From Mobula hypostoma (lineage: Eukaryota): DNA of 64,000 bases. The notes below the pieces were generated by a model. That model was not told where the DNA came from and did not search any database. It saw nothing but the letters and a program-made list of their open reading frames with translations. Numbering within the stretch: the stretch's first letter is position 1; every line of letters starts with the position of its first letter. The translations under genes were made by a program, and so were the position numbers. The stretch is from assembly GCF_963921235.1 (NCBI RefSeq), contig NC_086101.1, positions 8,496,001 through 8,560,000 of the forward strand, written 5' to 3'. Below are positions 51,801 through 62,909 of the stretch, piece after piece.

Positions 51801-53034
51801 GTACAGTCAACATTTCGGGCCGAGACCCTTTGTCAGGAGTCGGCCATTTGGCCTGTCGAGCCTCCTCCGCCATTCAATACGATCACGGCTGATCTGGCCA
51901 TGGACTCATGTCCACCTTTTCCCCATAACCCTTCATTCCCCAACTATGCAAAAATCTATCCAACTTTGTCTTGGGTATATTTACTGAGGTAGCCTCATCG
52001 ATATCTGTCTTCCATTCTGAGGATGCACCCTCTGATCCTAGACTCCTCCACGATAGGAAACGTCTTCTCCACATCCACTCTATCTAGACCTTTCAATATT
52101 CGATAGGTTTCATTGAGATCCACTGACATTCGCTTAAACTCCAGTGAGTACAGGCCTACAGCCATCAAATGCTCCTCCTACGTTAACCCTTTCATTCCTT
52201 GAATCATTCTTGTGTGCCTCCTCTGGACCCTCTCCATTGTCAGCGCATCTTTTCTGAGATAAGGGGCCCAAAACTGCTGTCAGTACTCCAGGTGTGGTTT
52301 GTCCAATGCCTTATAGAGCCTCAGCACCACTTGCTTGCTTTTCTGTTCTAACCGTAGTCAATGCCCTGACTGATGAAGCATGCCAACCTGCTCCTTCTCC
52401 CTTCTGGCTCTCGGAAAAGGTTCCCCCATTGTCCTACGCAATACCAAGCAACAAGATTTCTTTATTCATTTGCTTCAGTAATTTATTTCTTACAGTGATG
52501 TCACAAATCTAGAGAGGATGCAGCAAGGATTCACAAGGATTTTGTGGGAAATGGAGAGACTGAGTTACAAGGAGGGAATGGATAGGATAGGTTTTTTTTT
52601 CCTGGAGGGAAGGAGGCTGAGGGGTGACCTTAAAGAGGTCTTAAAAATGATGAGGTCCAGGGGTAAAATGGATGGCAACTGTCTTTGTCCCAGGGTAGAG
52701 AAGTCCAAAAATAGAGGGCACGGTTTTAAATTGGGGAAGATGACAAGGGGATCCAAGGCACGAGTTTTTCCACATGGAATGTGATGGGTGAATGGAACAA
52801 GCTTGCAAAAGAAGAGGTGGCCATAGTGGGGGAGAGGGAGAGAGAATGTGCTTCTGTCTATCGCAGTATTAATGTTAAGTGTGTCAGGGTGTAAGAGCGT
52901 GTGTGTGTGTGTCTGAGAGTGTGAGAAGTGTTTGCGTGTGCCATATAGTAGTGTGAAACTGCGCGTGTGCAGTGTCTCTGCTCGTGTGTGTGTGTGAGTG
53001 AGTGTATATCCGTGTGCATGAGGGTGTGTGTGTT

Positions 53035-53079
<45 letters not shown>

Positions 53080-56000
53080 CCGAGCGTGAGAGACAGTCGG
53101 CGTGGGTGTAGGGTGTGAGTGAGTGTATATCCGTGTGCATGAGGGTGTGTGTTCCTTTGTGTGTGTGTGTGTGTGAGTGAGTGTATATCCGTGTGCATGA
53201 GGGTGTGTGTGTGTGTGACCGAGCGTGAGAGACAGTCAGAGTGGGTGTAGGGTGTGAGTGAGTGTATATCCGTGTGCATGAGGGTGTGTGTGTGTGTGTG
53301 ACCGAGCGTGAGAGACAGTCGGAGTGGGTGTAGGGTGTGGATCCAGTCACGCACAGTTTACCGTCAGCTGTAAGTTTGTTGAGTGTGATGTGCTCGTTTT
53401 ACCCTCTGAGTGAAGAACCCCCCCCCCCGCCCCCAGATTTCCCTTAAGTACCTCACCTTTCACAGATTGGGTTGGTCCCCTACGCTCTTCAGCGCCTCCT
53501 GTTCACTGTGTGAGCCCAGGCCTGGTCTGCGCGCCCAAAGTGCGACACCTCGCACTTGACTGTGTTAAATTGCTGCCGCCATTTTCCACCCCACTTACCC
53601 TGCTGATCAAGATCACACTGCAGGCTTTGATAGCCTTTCTTCACCCCAGGCCTCTGTGGACCGCGCCCCCCCCCCCCAGCACTCGCCCCTCCCCTGAGGG
53701 GAAATGCGGACCAGCCTTCACTCTGCCCTTCACTCCACTGGCATCCCCGCTGTTGGGATAAGGCCACACTTAAGCTGGGGGAACAACACCCTATATTCTG
53801 TAGGGGTAACCTCCAACCTGATGGCATGAACATTGATTACTCAGAGTTCCCGTAATGCCCCCCCTTCACCATTCCCCATCCCCTTTCCCCTCCCTCACCT
53901 TATATGTTTGCCCCCCAGTTGCCTCTGGTCTTCCTCCTCCCTTTTTTTTCTTCCGTGGCCTTCTGTCTCTTTCACCAATCAACTTCATAGCTCTTTACTT
54001 CATCCCTCCCCCTTCAAGTTTCACCTATCACCCTGTGCTTCTCTCTCCCCTTCCCCCACTTTTCAAATCTGCTCTTCATCTTTTTTTTTCTCCAGTCCTG
54101 CCCGAGCGTTTTGGCCCGACATGTCGACTGTCTTTTTTCCTGGCCTGCTGAGTTGCTCCAGCATTTTCTGTGTGTGTGTGTGTTGTCTGCCTGCTCAGCA
54201 CACTCTCTGTGAGAATTCTGCATTTGGTGTTGGCCTTTGCTCCCTTGATGTACTTACAAATGGAACGATCTGCCTGGATCGCACACAGACTAAATCTTTC
54301 TCCTGTGACAATAATAATCTTCGAGCTGCGAGAGACTGCCGACGCTGGAATCCGACGAAACACGCAAACCGCTGGAGGGAAGTGGACAGCCAGTGTTTTG
54401 GTCGAGACCCTTCATTTGAGCTGTCCATTTTAGTCCAAGTGAAGGGTCTCACCCTGAAACATTGACTGTGTCTCTGACACCACAGATGCTGCCTGACCTG
54501 CTGGGTTCTACTGCACGCCATTTAGTAATGTTCCTGCCTGCTTCCATAAGGTCACCTCGAATTCTTTGAGACTGATTAGCTTTAATTGTCACATGTGCAT
54601 TGAAACTTTACTTGACTTACTTTTACTTTATACTTTATTGTCACCGAACAATTGATACTAGAGCGTAAATCATCACAGCGATATTTGATCCTGCTCTTCG
54701 TGCTCCCTAGAGTACAAATCAATAGTAAATATTAAAAATTTAAATTATAAATCATAAATAGAAAAGGGAAAGTAAGGTAGTGCAAAAAAACCGAGATGCA
54801 GGTCCCGATATTCGGAGGGTACGGTCCAGATCCGGGTCAGGATCCGTTCAGCAGTCTTATCACAGTTGGAAAGAAGCTGTTCCCAAATCTGGCCGTACGA
54901 GTCTTCAAGCTCCTGAGCCTTCTCCCGGAGGGAAGAGGGACGAAAAGTGTGTTGGCTGGATGGGTCGTGTCCTTGATTATCCTGGCAGCACTGCTCCGAC
55001 AGCGTGCGGTGTAAAGTGAGTCCACGGACGGAAGATTGGTTTGTGTGATGTGCTGCGCCGTGTTCACGATCTTCTGCAGCTTCTTCCAGTCTTGGACAGG
55101 ATAACTTCCATACCAGGTTGTGATGCACCCTAGAAGAATGCTTTCTACAGTTCATCTATAAAAAAATAGTGAGGGTTTTAGGGGACAGGCCAAATTTCCT
55201 TAGCTTCCTCAGGAAGTAAAGATTGAACTATACAGTAAATGTTGTTTGCATCAGCAACCAACACAGTACAGGGATGTGCTGGGGGCAGCCACGGGTGATG
55301 CCACACTTCCTGTGCCAACATAGTATGCCCACAGTGCACTAACCTTGATCCCTACAACCTTAGACTGTGGGAGGAACCTGAAACACCCAGAGGAAGCCGA
55401 GGTTGTCATGATAGAACATACAGTCTCCTTACAGACAATGACAGGTTTTGAACCGCATTTGGCGATCACTGTCCCTGTAAGGTGTTGTGCCTGCCCCTAT
55501 GCTTCTGTGCTGCCCTGTGGCTGAGCAGGTCACTGGTTTATTGTACCCAGTATCGACTTGCCCCTCGTTGAATGAACTTTGTACTTTCCCTACAGAGTTC
55601 CCCAGAAGCCCAATACGGATCATAGACACACCAGGAGGAGATCTCATCGAGAAGCCGGCAGCTCATCTCACAGGTTTGTGCCTTTCTTCTGCTTGCAGCC
55701 CACCAGAACATTTCCCATCTGCTGGGGTGGGTTCCAAGGGGGTCTCGTCCCCTCCCCATCCCACCTCACTCTTGCTCAGGACTATGGAGACCAAATTTGT
55801 AATGAAATTAAAAAAAAAAGGCAAGGGGTATTGGGACACGAAAGATTCTGCAGCTGCTGGAAATCCTGAGTAACACACACAGATCGGGTATCGAGAACAC
55901 TCAGTAGATCAGTCAGTGCCTGAAAGTGCAAATGAAGTTGGGGTGCGTGCTGGAGGAAAAAGATGGTCAAAATCGATGTCAGAGAGAGGGAGGGGTCCTG

Positions 56001-58426
56001 CTATTTCCACCATTCGGTCTTTGAGGTTCCTTGTTCTGTGGATGTCTGTGAAGAGTAAGAATTTCAGGCTGTGTGCTCTGATATTAAATTGAACCATTTG
56101 AACAAGTCATATATACAAGTATCTGTCTGCATGGGCACACAATGAATTCCTTGCTTGCAGCAGCATCACAGGCCCAGCAGTCAGAGACACGATATTCACA
56201 AGAAAAAGCAACAACTAAACAAAAATTATATGTAACTTTTACAAGAAAGAACACAATTAGAATAAAGAAAGACCACCTTAGTGTAAGATGATCAATGTCA
56301 AAGCTGAAGAGAAGTTTGGATGGGTACATGGACAGGAGGGGTAAGGAAGGCTATGGTCCAGGTGCAGATCAACGGGACTAAGAATTTTAAATGGCTTGAT
56401 ACAGTCTAGATGGGCTGAAGGGCCAGAGGGCCAGTTTCTGTGCTGTACTCTTCCATGACTCTATGGTGAAGGATTGACTCTATTTGCCATGTGTGAGGAA
56501 CTTGCTGTTGGTCAAGGTGTGACTTGCAAGAAAAAAGACAATATTCAACAATTATAAAGAATTGTATAGAAAAATATACACAGAGATTGAAGTGCTGATA
56601 TGGAATGAAATATACATAAATACCGGGGTGTATTTACAATGTTGAACGGTATTGCAAAAAGTGGTTTGAAGTGTTTACAGTGCGGTGATGGGAAATAGAT
56701 AGATAATTACTGTTGTTTATACTGAGATAGTAATTTGGGGGTTGTGCCAGCTGGTTCAAGAATCAAATGGATGAAGGGAAGTACTGTAGCTGTTCCTGAA
56801 CCTAGTCATTGCGAGAAGGTGGGTTGGCTCGGAAGATGGGGTTGTTGTATTCTTGAGGCCTCTTGTAGATACGACCTATGGCGGGGAGGGAGGTGCTGTG
56901 ATGTATTGGACTAAGCTCCAAATTACACTAGACTACATTCTAAGGCACACTAAATTCCACCACTTCCAGAGAGGGTTAATATTGACAGAATTGAACCATG
57001 ATATGCCTGGTGCAGGAATTGGGTAATGGATGGGCTGGTCTGCACGGAGATGGGTTGGTGGGAGGAGTTTTGTGCTGGTTGATGGGCTGGGGTGTTGGGT
57101 ATCTCCCTTTGCCTTAAGGACGGTCAAAGACTCTGCTTCCAACTGACTTTGATCACAAGGGCAAAGGTGATTTACTGACATTAAAGTCATGTCATAAAAG
57201 GGGTTTATTGTCAAATGAACAAAAACCTTGATGCACAGATGAAATGTAAAACGTCCTTGTAGCAGCATTAGAGACACAATATCCACGAGGGAAAAAGAAA
57301 AGAAATTATACACAATGTTTTCAAGAAAGAATCTATGGAGGGAAAGAAATAGTCGAGATTTCTGGCTGAGATCCTTCATCAGTTGAAGGGATGTAGCTGT
57401 TCTTGAAACTGGTGGTGTGAGACATCTGGTAGCTGCAAGAAGGTGGAGTGGCGTGGATGGTGGGCATCTTTGATAGGTGTTACCTTCCTGGGGCAGTGGT
57501 GATTGGTAGATGTCTGCCATTAAGAGGGTGGGGCCCCAGGAGAGGGTGAGAGTTCAAAGACCGGAATGGCCACTGTGTTGGGGAAAGAGGGAAGATGAGA
57601 GGAGAACTTTCCTTAGGATTGAAAACTCAAGAGGTGCGAGAGGAAGCAGAGATAGTTAACGACTGGCAAGGTTAAAAGTGCTGAGTGCTCTCTGGAGACA
57701 TGAGAGCCGGCAGGCACTGGAATATGGGGTGGCCTCGGTCTGCCCCCTGCTGGCTGGAATTAGAAGGACTTCCCAGTGCCAGTTGTCAACCAGGGTCCTC
57801 ATTTGCCAGGGCCGGAGATGGACATTCCGCAATGCAACCGCTCCCTGAGGCCTGGGCTCCTTCTCTGCACAAAACTCTACCCAGTGCAGCGTCCGTCACA
57901 GAAAACCCCATGGACAGCGAAATTTAAAATAAGTCTCCGGTCACCTCCCCCGGAATAGAAATGTGGAACACCGGAAGATATGCATTTAAGGTGGGGAGGG
58001 CTGAAAGTTTAAAGGATTCAGTTTCAGATTTATTTCACATACATCGAAACATACTGCGCAATGCGTCGTCAGAAGATGTGTGGGGTAAGTTCTTGTGTAC
58101 ACGCAGAGGGGTGGGTGTGTGGAGCGGTGGTGGAGGCAGATACGATAGTGGTGTTTAAGGGGCCTTTAACTGGAGGCGGAGGGTTACAGCTTACGTTAGG
58201 CCGCATCCGGAGAATCGCATTCAGTTCTGGTCGCGCATTGCAGGAAGGATGCGGAGGCCTTGCCTCAGAGAGGGTGCACAAGAGGCCACTTGGATGCTGC
58301 CTGGATTAGAGTGTATGCACTCGAAGGACAGTTTGGACAAAGTTGGGTAGATTTTCTGGCTATGTGCCCTTGATCTGCTACCAGCTCCTGCAGCCCATCG
58401 CAGGCGTACACCACTCTGTGTAAGAA

Positions 58427-58471
<45 letters not shown>

Positions 58472-60352
58472 AACTTATCCCTCACATAGCCATTAATCTT
58501 TCCATCCCCCTCTCACCTTAAATGCACGACGTCCAGTATTAGACATTTCGGCCCTGCGGGGAAAGATGCTTGCTGCCCAGTGAGTCCGCATCTCTCACGA
58601 TCGCGCCCTCTTCCGACCCCGCAAACTGCCTTTTCCAAAAGCCCCATTCTCGAAAGAGCTGTAGGGTTTTAGAAACAGGAGACTCTGTGCCATTTTAAAA
58701 GTTTCTTCCCCCAGGCAGTTAATCTGATCAACCAATCTAGTTAGACCCCCCCCCCACCCACCTCCTCTATCTGCGCGCTCTGTCCCAGTTACTGCACACT
58801 GTAGCACTTAATATCACTTTTTGTAAAGCTGTTTCCGTTCTATATTGCTGGTATTTGTGTACACTTTACTCTATATCTGTTCTTTAACTTCTAACTTTGT
58901 CTTTACTGTATATAATACTTTATAATTTTTTTTGTTGTTGCATGTTGCACCCTGACTAACACTCCACCGCATATTTCTAATGCATGTGAATGTATATGGC
59001 GGATACAGTTGATCACCAGACTATCACCTCCCCATGGTGTCCCTCCTCCTTCCACGATCAGAATCAGATTTAATATCATTGGCATCTGCAGTAAAATTTG
59101 TTCTTTTGTGGCAGCAGTACACTGCAATTCATAGTAATAACAACTGTAAGTTGTAAGTGTATATGTACTGTGTAGTAGTCTTATGCACATGTATATAGCT
59201 ATGGTGCTATATACATATGCATATATACAGTATGTGACTGATGATAAACTTGATTCTGATATGGGTCTCTATTGTGGACAGAGAGTGGGAAGGGGGCAGG
59301 GAGAGGGTTGGGAAAAGGAGGAGATGAGAGAGATCAGGAAGCACCAGAGAAACATTCTCTCATGATCAATGAGCCAATTGTTTGGAATCAAGTGACCTTG
59401 CCTGGTATGTCAGGGCTGGGTGAGTCTGTATCCTTCTCTGCCACCAGTCCCACACCCCTCCCGCGACACTCCGCCGGAATCATTCCCAATATCCTTTCAG
59501 ATTCAGAAACTCGCTCTCCAGCCCACATTGCCGAACACAGTGCTGTGTAAAGTTTTAGGCACCCTAGCCACTCAGAAAGAAATACAGAGGACGTGTTCTT
59601 GGGTTCCGTGTCCATTCAGAACTCTGATGGCAGAGGGGAAGAAGTCGTTGCTGAAATGTTGAGTGTGGGTCTTCAGGCTCCTGTCCCTGATGTTAGCAAT
59701 GAGAAGAGGGCGCGAGGTGCTGGGAATCCCTGACCTGCTGAGTTCCTCCAGCATTTTGTGTGTGTTGCTCCGGATTTTCCGGTATCTCTTGGGCTCGCGA
59801 TCGTTGGTCCTCAGCCTCCCGCGCTTCCGGGAAAGCAAGCCCCCGTTGCAGCTCCCGGTTTCCTAGTGACCACCCCATCGAGCGCAGAGTCGGAACTCAC
59901 CTCCGGCTCTCATTACAGGTTGTTCGGGCGGAGGGAACCAGAGCGAGGTGACGACTCCTGGCCTGCAGGCGCTGCGCTGGGACTTCAGCAAGGGGACGGC
60001 GTACACGAACATGGTCTATGCCGACGGCCAGCTGCACATCCCCCGCCAGGGGCTCTACTATGTCTACTCACAGGTGGCCTTCTACCTGGCGTGCGAGGAG
60101 TGGGGTACGCAGGGGGCAGGCGTCGTGCTGGTCCACAACATCTACAGGTGGAGTGACACCTACCCGGAGCCCATCGCGCTGCTCACCGCCACCAAGTCTG
60201 CCTGCGGCGGCCGCGGGGACTGGCACGCCACCATCAGCCAGGGCGGCCTCTTCTACCTCCACCCCACGGACAGGCTCTTCGTGACCGTCAGCCAGCCAGC
60301 CTCTGTGCAGCGCCAGGAGCAGAGGACTTTCTTCGGGGCCTTCATGGTGTGA
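36715..60352 (+). CDS. TNF superfamily ligand (TNF/lymphotoxin/TNFSF15/TNFSF14-like), type II membrane protein, 223 aa; join(36715..36831,49113..49155,55596..55673,59919..60352)
   Basis: 117+43+78+434 = 672 nt, open, phases 0,1,1, all GT-AG. Short cytoplasmic tail, TM helix LLWYSALLTVLLVCSNLALGLYF, stalk, then a TNF homology domain with KPAAHLTG, ALRW, LHIPRQGLYYVYSQVAF, YPEPIALLTATKSAC, GGLFYL and TFFGAFMV*. Confidence 0.93.
37925..38530 (-). mobile_element. Rex1/Babar-type LINE 3' end (TNFSF intron 1)
   Basis: ORF 37946..38524: LGIRIDNKLDWSKNTEAVYKKGQSCLYFLRRLRSF...HPLH...SFLPMAIKLYN. Confidence 0.88.
38720..39830 (+). mobile_element. CR1-clade LINE RT/3' fragment with an internal 36-bp tandem duplication
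   Basis: SGVAQGWVLGPLLF...KFSDDKK and LYKALVRPHLE. gatgaggggggatctgattgaaacctttcgaatgtt occurs at 39408-39443 and 39445-39480. Confidence 0.9.
40370..42850 (-). mobile_element. CR1-clade LINE with ORF1 (SGNH esterase-like) and decayed ORF2 (EN to RT)
   Basis: ORF 42173..42850 has VIGDSMVR, CLPGARV, TND and DGLHLNPRG. Downstream frames give KIKEKPKAFYKYVKSKR...KSPGPDEMYPRLL and RT remnants. Confidence 0.9.
48255..48725 (+). mobile_element. CR1 3' fragment
   Basis: TRWIPEMRGLDFEERLSHLGLYSLEFRRMRGDLI followed by a CR1 3' UTR. Confidence 0.85.
49113..49155 (+). CDS. TNFSF coding exon 2 (stalk)
   Basis: 43 nt: tgtttttctccctctctcacag|TGC TTC CAC...AGT CAC G|gtaagc, encoding CFHFPALRPANCSH. Phase 0 to 1, as required to join exons 1 and 3. 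Confidence 0.8.
49783..50440 (+). mobile_element. Penelope-like element insertion: inverted 5' pLTR, GIY-YIG C-terminus, 3' pLTR
   Basis: About 49785-49890 is the reverse complement of about 50305-50412. Between them lies HFNSASQSHSDLSIHGLLYCHDEAKLRLEEQHLIYHLGSLQPLGMNIEFSNFR*. Confidence 0.88.
50320..50357 (+). ncRNA. Minimal type I hammerhead ribozyme motif in a Penelope pLTR
   Basis: cagtc CTGACGA aggg ttccgg ccc GAAA cg TC aactc: CUGANGA and GAAA cores, a short stem II, palindromic ACGT at stem III and a GUC triplet. Stem I has mismatches in this copy. Confidence 0.65.
52895..53340. repeat. Compound (TG)n-rich minisatellite
   Basis: Repeated modules gagtgagtgtatatccgtgtgcatgagggtgtgtg (4 copies) and gaccgagcgtgagagacagtc...gtgggtgtagggtgtg (3 copies), separated by (TG)n runs. 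Confidence 0.92.
54620..55220 (-). mobile_element. Rex1/Babar-type LINE 3' end, CpG-rich (young)
   Basis: IIKDTTHPANTLFVPLPSGRRLRSLKTRTARFGNSFFPTVIRLLN plus a 3' UTR with a short repeat tail. Confidence 0.85.
55596..55673 (+). CDS. TNFSF coding exon 3 (stalk and beta-strand A)
   Basis: 78 nt: ctttgtactttccctacag|AG TTC CCC...CTC ACA G|gtttgt, encoding EFPRSPIRIIDTPGGDLIEKPAAHLT. KPAAHL is the canonical TNF strand A. Confidence 0.9.
58431..58469. repeat. (CA)n microsatellite
   Basis: Uninterrupted CA dinucleotide run. Confidence 0.95.
59919..60352 (+). CDS. TNFSF coding exon 4 (TNF homology domain)
   Basis: ctctcattacag|GT TGT TCG GGC... is in frame with ORF 59948..60352. Contains GLYYVYSQVAF and ends RTFFGAFMV-TGA. 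GC-rich coding-like composition. Confidence 0.96.
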
Positions 60353-61177
60353 GAGCGTGGTTTCCCGGTGTTTCCCCCGAAGCCTCCTTGCGTCATTGGT
60401 CCTGTGGGGGGTATGGGGGAGGGGAGGGAGGCAGCTCGGCAGGGAAGAGATTGTGTGCTCAGCATGGGAACAGGCCCTTCAGCCCAGCAAGTCAGTACAA
60501 GCCCTATAGGAGTGGAATTAGGACGCTCGGCCCGTCCAATGTATTTCCTCCCATTCTCTGGTCTTCCTCTCTCAACACATCCATTGTTAAACCTTAAACA
60601 CACCCACAGCCCTCTCACAAATCCTATGCGCATAAACCTATTTTATTCCCCCATCCCCATCACGTTCTCAACAGAACCCACCCCCAAAATTCTCCCACCC
60701 ACCAACACATTCCCCCCTTTACCCCCCTTTCCCCCACTTCAAAAATCAAGTTTGCTGACTGTTAAATCAGGGCGAGGGATGAAGTCCAGACCACGGGGTG
60801 AGGGTGGGTGTGTAACGCGGGGGTCACTAAGCCCCTGCAGGGACACTGGGCGGAGCATACCGATGTCTACGGCCTAGTGCTGTTACCTGCACCTGAGGCT
60901 GGCCGGATCCAGAGTTGCACAAGGCCCGGCACAAGGTTAAAGAGATGCATTAATTTCCAACCAACGAGAAAACAGCTGGAAGAACTTACCCAGTCGAGCT
61001 GTAGCTGTGGGTTTGACATTTCGGATCAAAATCCCGCGTCCGACTGGGAGCATAGAGGGGAATGGCCGATGTAAAGAGGTGGGAGGGACTGAGAGATGAA
61101 CAGGAGGGGGTGATATTGGTGTTGGTTTATTACTGTCACATGTACAATGAAAAGTTTGTCTTGTGTGCTGTTCCTAT

Positions 61178-62007
61178 TGTTACGTAGCCCGTAACTGGGT
61201 TGCCAAACCAGCAGAAATGGACCACTTAGTTGGAGTCTGGATTACTGGAACTAAGAAAGTTTTATTAAAGAACTAAGCAACACAGTACTCTAGTCATAAG
61301 GATATAAATGCAACGGGTTAGCAATGATAAAACACACATGTACACAGAACTAGGATGATACGAATCAATCAAGCTCTATCGCAGTCTAGGGGTAAAATGA
61401 TCAGTCTCAAGTGACACAGAGTTCAGTTCAATTTAGTTCAGTTCGCAGTAATCGCTGCTGCGCCGTTGGGGAGGGAGAGAGAGTGAATGAATATGCAAAT
61501 TGGATTCCAAACAGACCTTCGTTATTCCTTGCAGTTAGCTTTCGGGCGAGCACTTTGTAATGTCTTCTGAGGTCACCGACTGTGACCCCTCCATTCCAGA
61601 TACGATCATTCTTCTGCGGTGAACCCGGCACCCAGGCAAGGGCGGACACACACACCAGGTTCCCGCCTGACCATATCTTTCCACCCTGTGCATCTATGGC
61701 TGGTCCCGCAACCAGACCTCCAAAAAAACTCCCACCAACTTGTGGGGGCACACCGCTTCCAGGGTCTCGTTACCTCGTGGTGTCGTGGTGTCTTGCTTTA
61801 GCCTCTTCCTTTTATCCCCCTGCTGGGGTATCGCCTGTCCATCAAACTTCAAACAGTTCAGGTTGAAAGCAACCGGTCTCTGACAATACTCGGAACTGTG
61901 TCTCCTTTTCGTTAATCCCTCTCGTCTCTCTCTTATTAGCATTTTGAATGTTCCCCCATTGTCCTCTTATCTGCGTCAATCTTCTGATAACTTGGTCTGT
62001 TGTCACA
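61178..62007 (-). mobile_element. Solo LTR (Gypsy-like), 830 bp, 4-bp TSD
   Basis: Starts TGTTAC and ends GTCACA, with CTAT on both sides (61174-61177 and 62008-62011). AATAAA on the minus strand at 61261-61266 suggests minus orientation. Confidence 0.85.
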
Positions 62008-62909
62008 CTATAGGTCATGTTATTCACAGAAATCATTATGCAGATTACAGGCGATAGCTGATTTTATTCATGTCCATAAGGCATGGGAGCAAAATTTGGC
62101 CATTAGGCCCAACGAGACTGCTCTACCATTCTATCATGGCTGATTTATTATCCCTCTCAAACCCCATTCTCCTGCCTTCTCCCTGTAACCTTTGACACCC
62201 TGACTAATCAAGAACCCATCAGCCTCCACTTTAAATATAGCTAATGACTTGGCCTCTCAGCGGCCTGTGACAGTGAATTCCACAGGTCCACCACTCTCTG
62301 ACCAAAACAATTCTTCCTCTCTGCTCAAAAGGAAAGTCCTTCTATTCAGACACTGTGACCTTTGGCCCTAGACTCCCCCACTATAGGAAACATCCTCTCC
62401 ACATCCATTCTCTGTCGACCTTTCAATATTCGATAGGCTTCATAAGACCATAAGATATAGGAGCAGAATTAGGCCATTGCACCCACTTAGTCTGTTCCAC
62501 CGTTTCATCGTGACTGATCCGTCTTCCCTCTCAGCCCCAGTCTCTGGCCTTCTCCCCGTAGCCCTTCATGCCCAGACCAATCAAGAATCTATCAGCCTCT
62601 GTCACCCTCATACACCCAATAACTTGGCCTCACAGCCGCCTGTAGCAACAAATTCCACAGATTTACTACTCTCTGGCTAAAGAAATTGTTCCTCATCTCC
62701 TTTCTAAAGTAACACCCCTCTGTATCTGTGTCTTGACTCTGTGTCTTAGACCATAGGAAACATCCTCTCCACATCCTTTCTATCAAGGCCTTGTACTGCT
62801 TGATAAGTTTCAATGAGTTCACCCCTCATTCTTCTAAATTCCAGTGAGTAGAGGCCCAGAGCTATCAAATACTCTTCATATGACAAGCCTTTCAATCCTG
62901 GAATCATTT

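Noticed and set aside
52565..53354. Long His/Thr-rich ORFs (261 aa and 156 aa)
   Set aside because: These are translations of the (CA)n-rich minisatellite strand running into a CR1 fragment.
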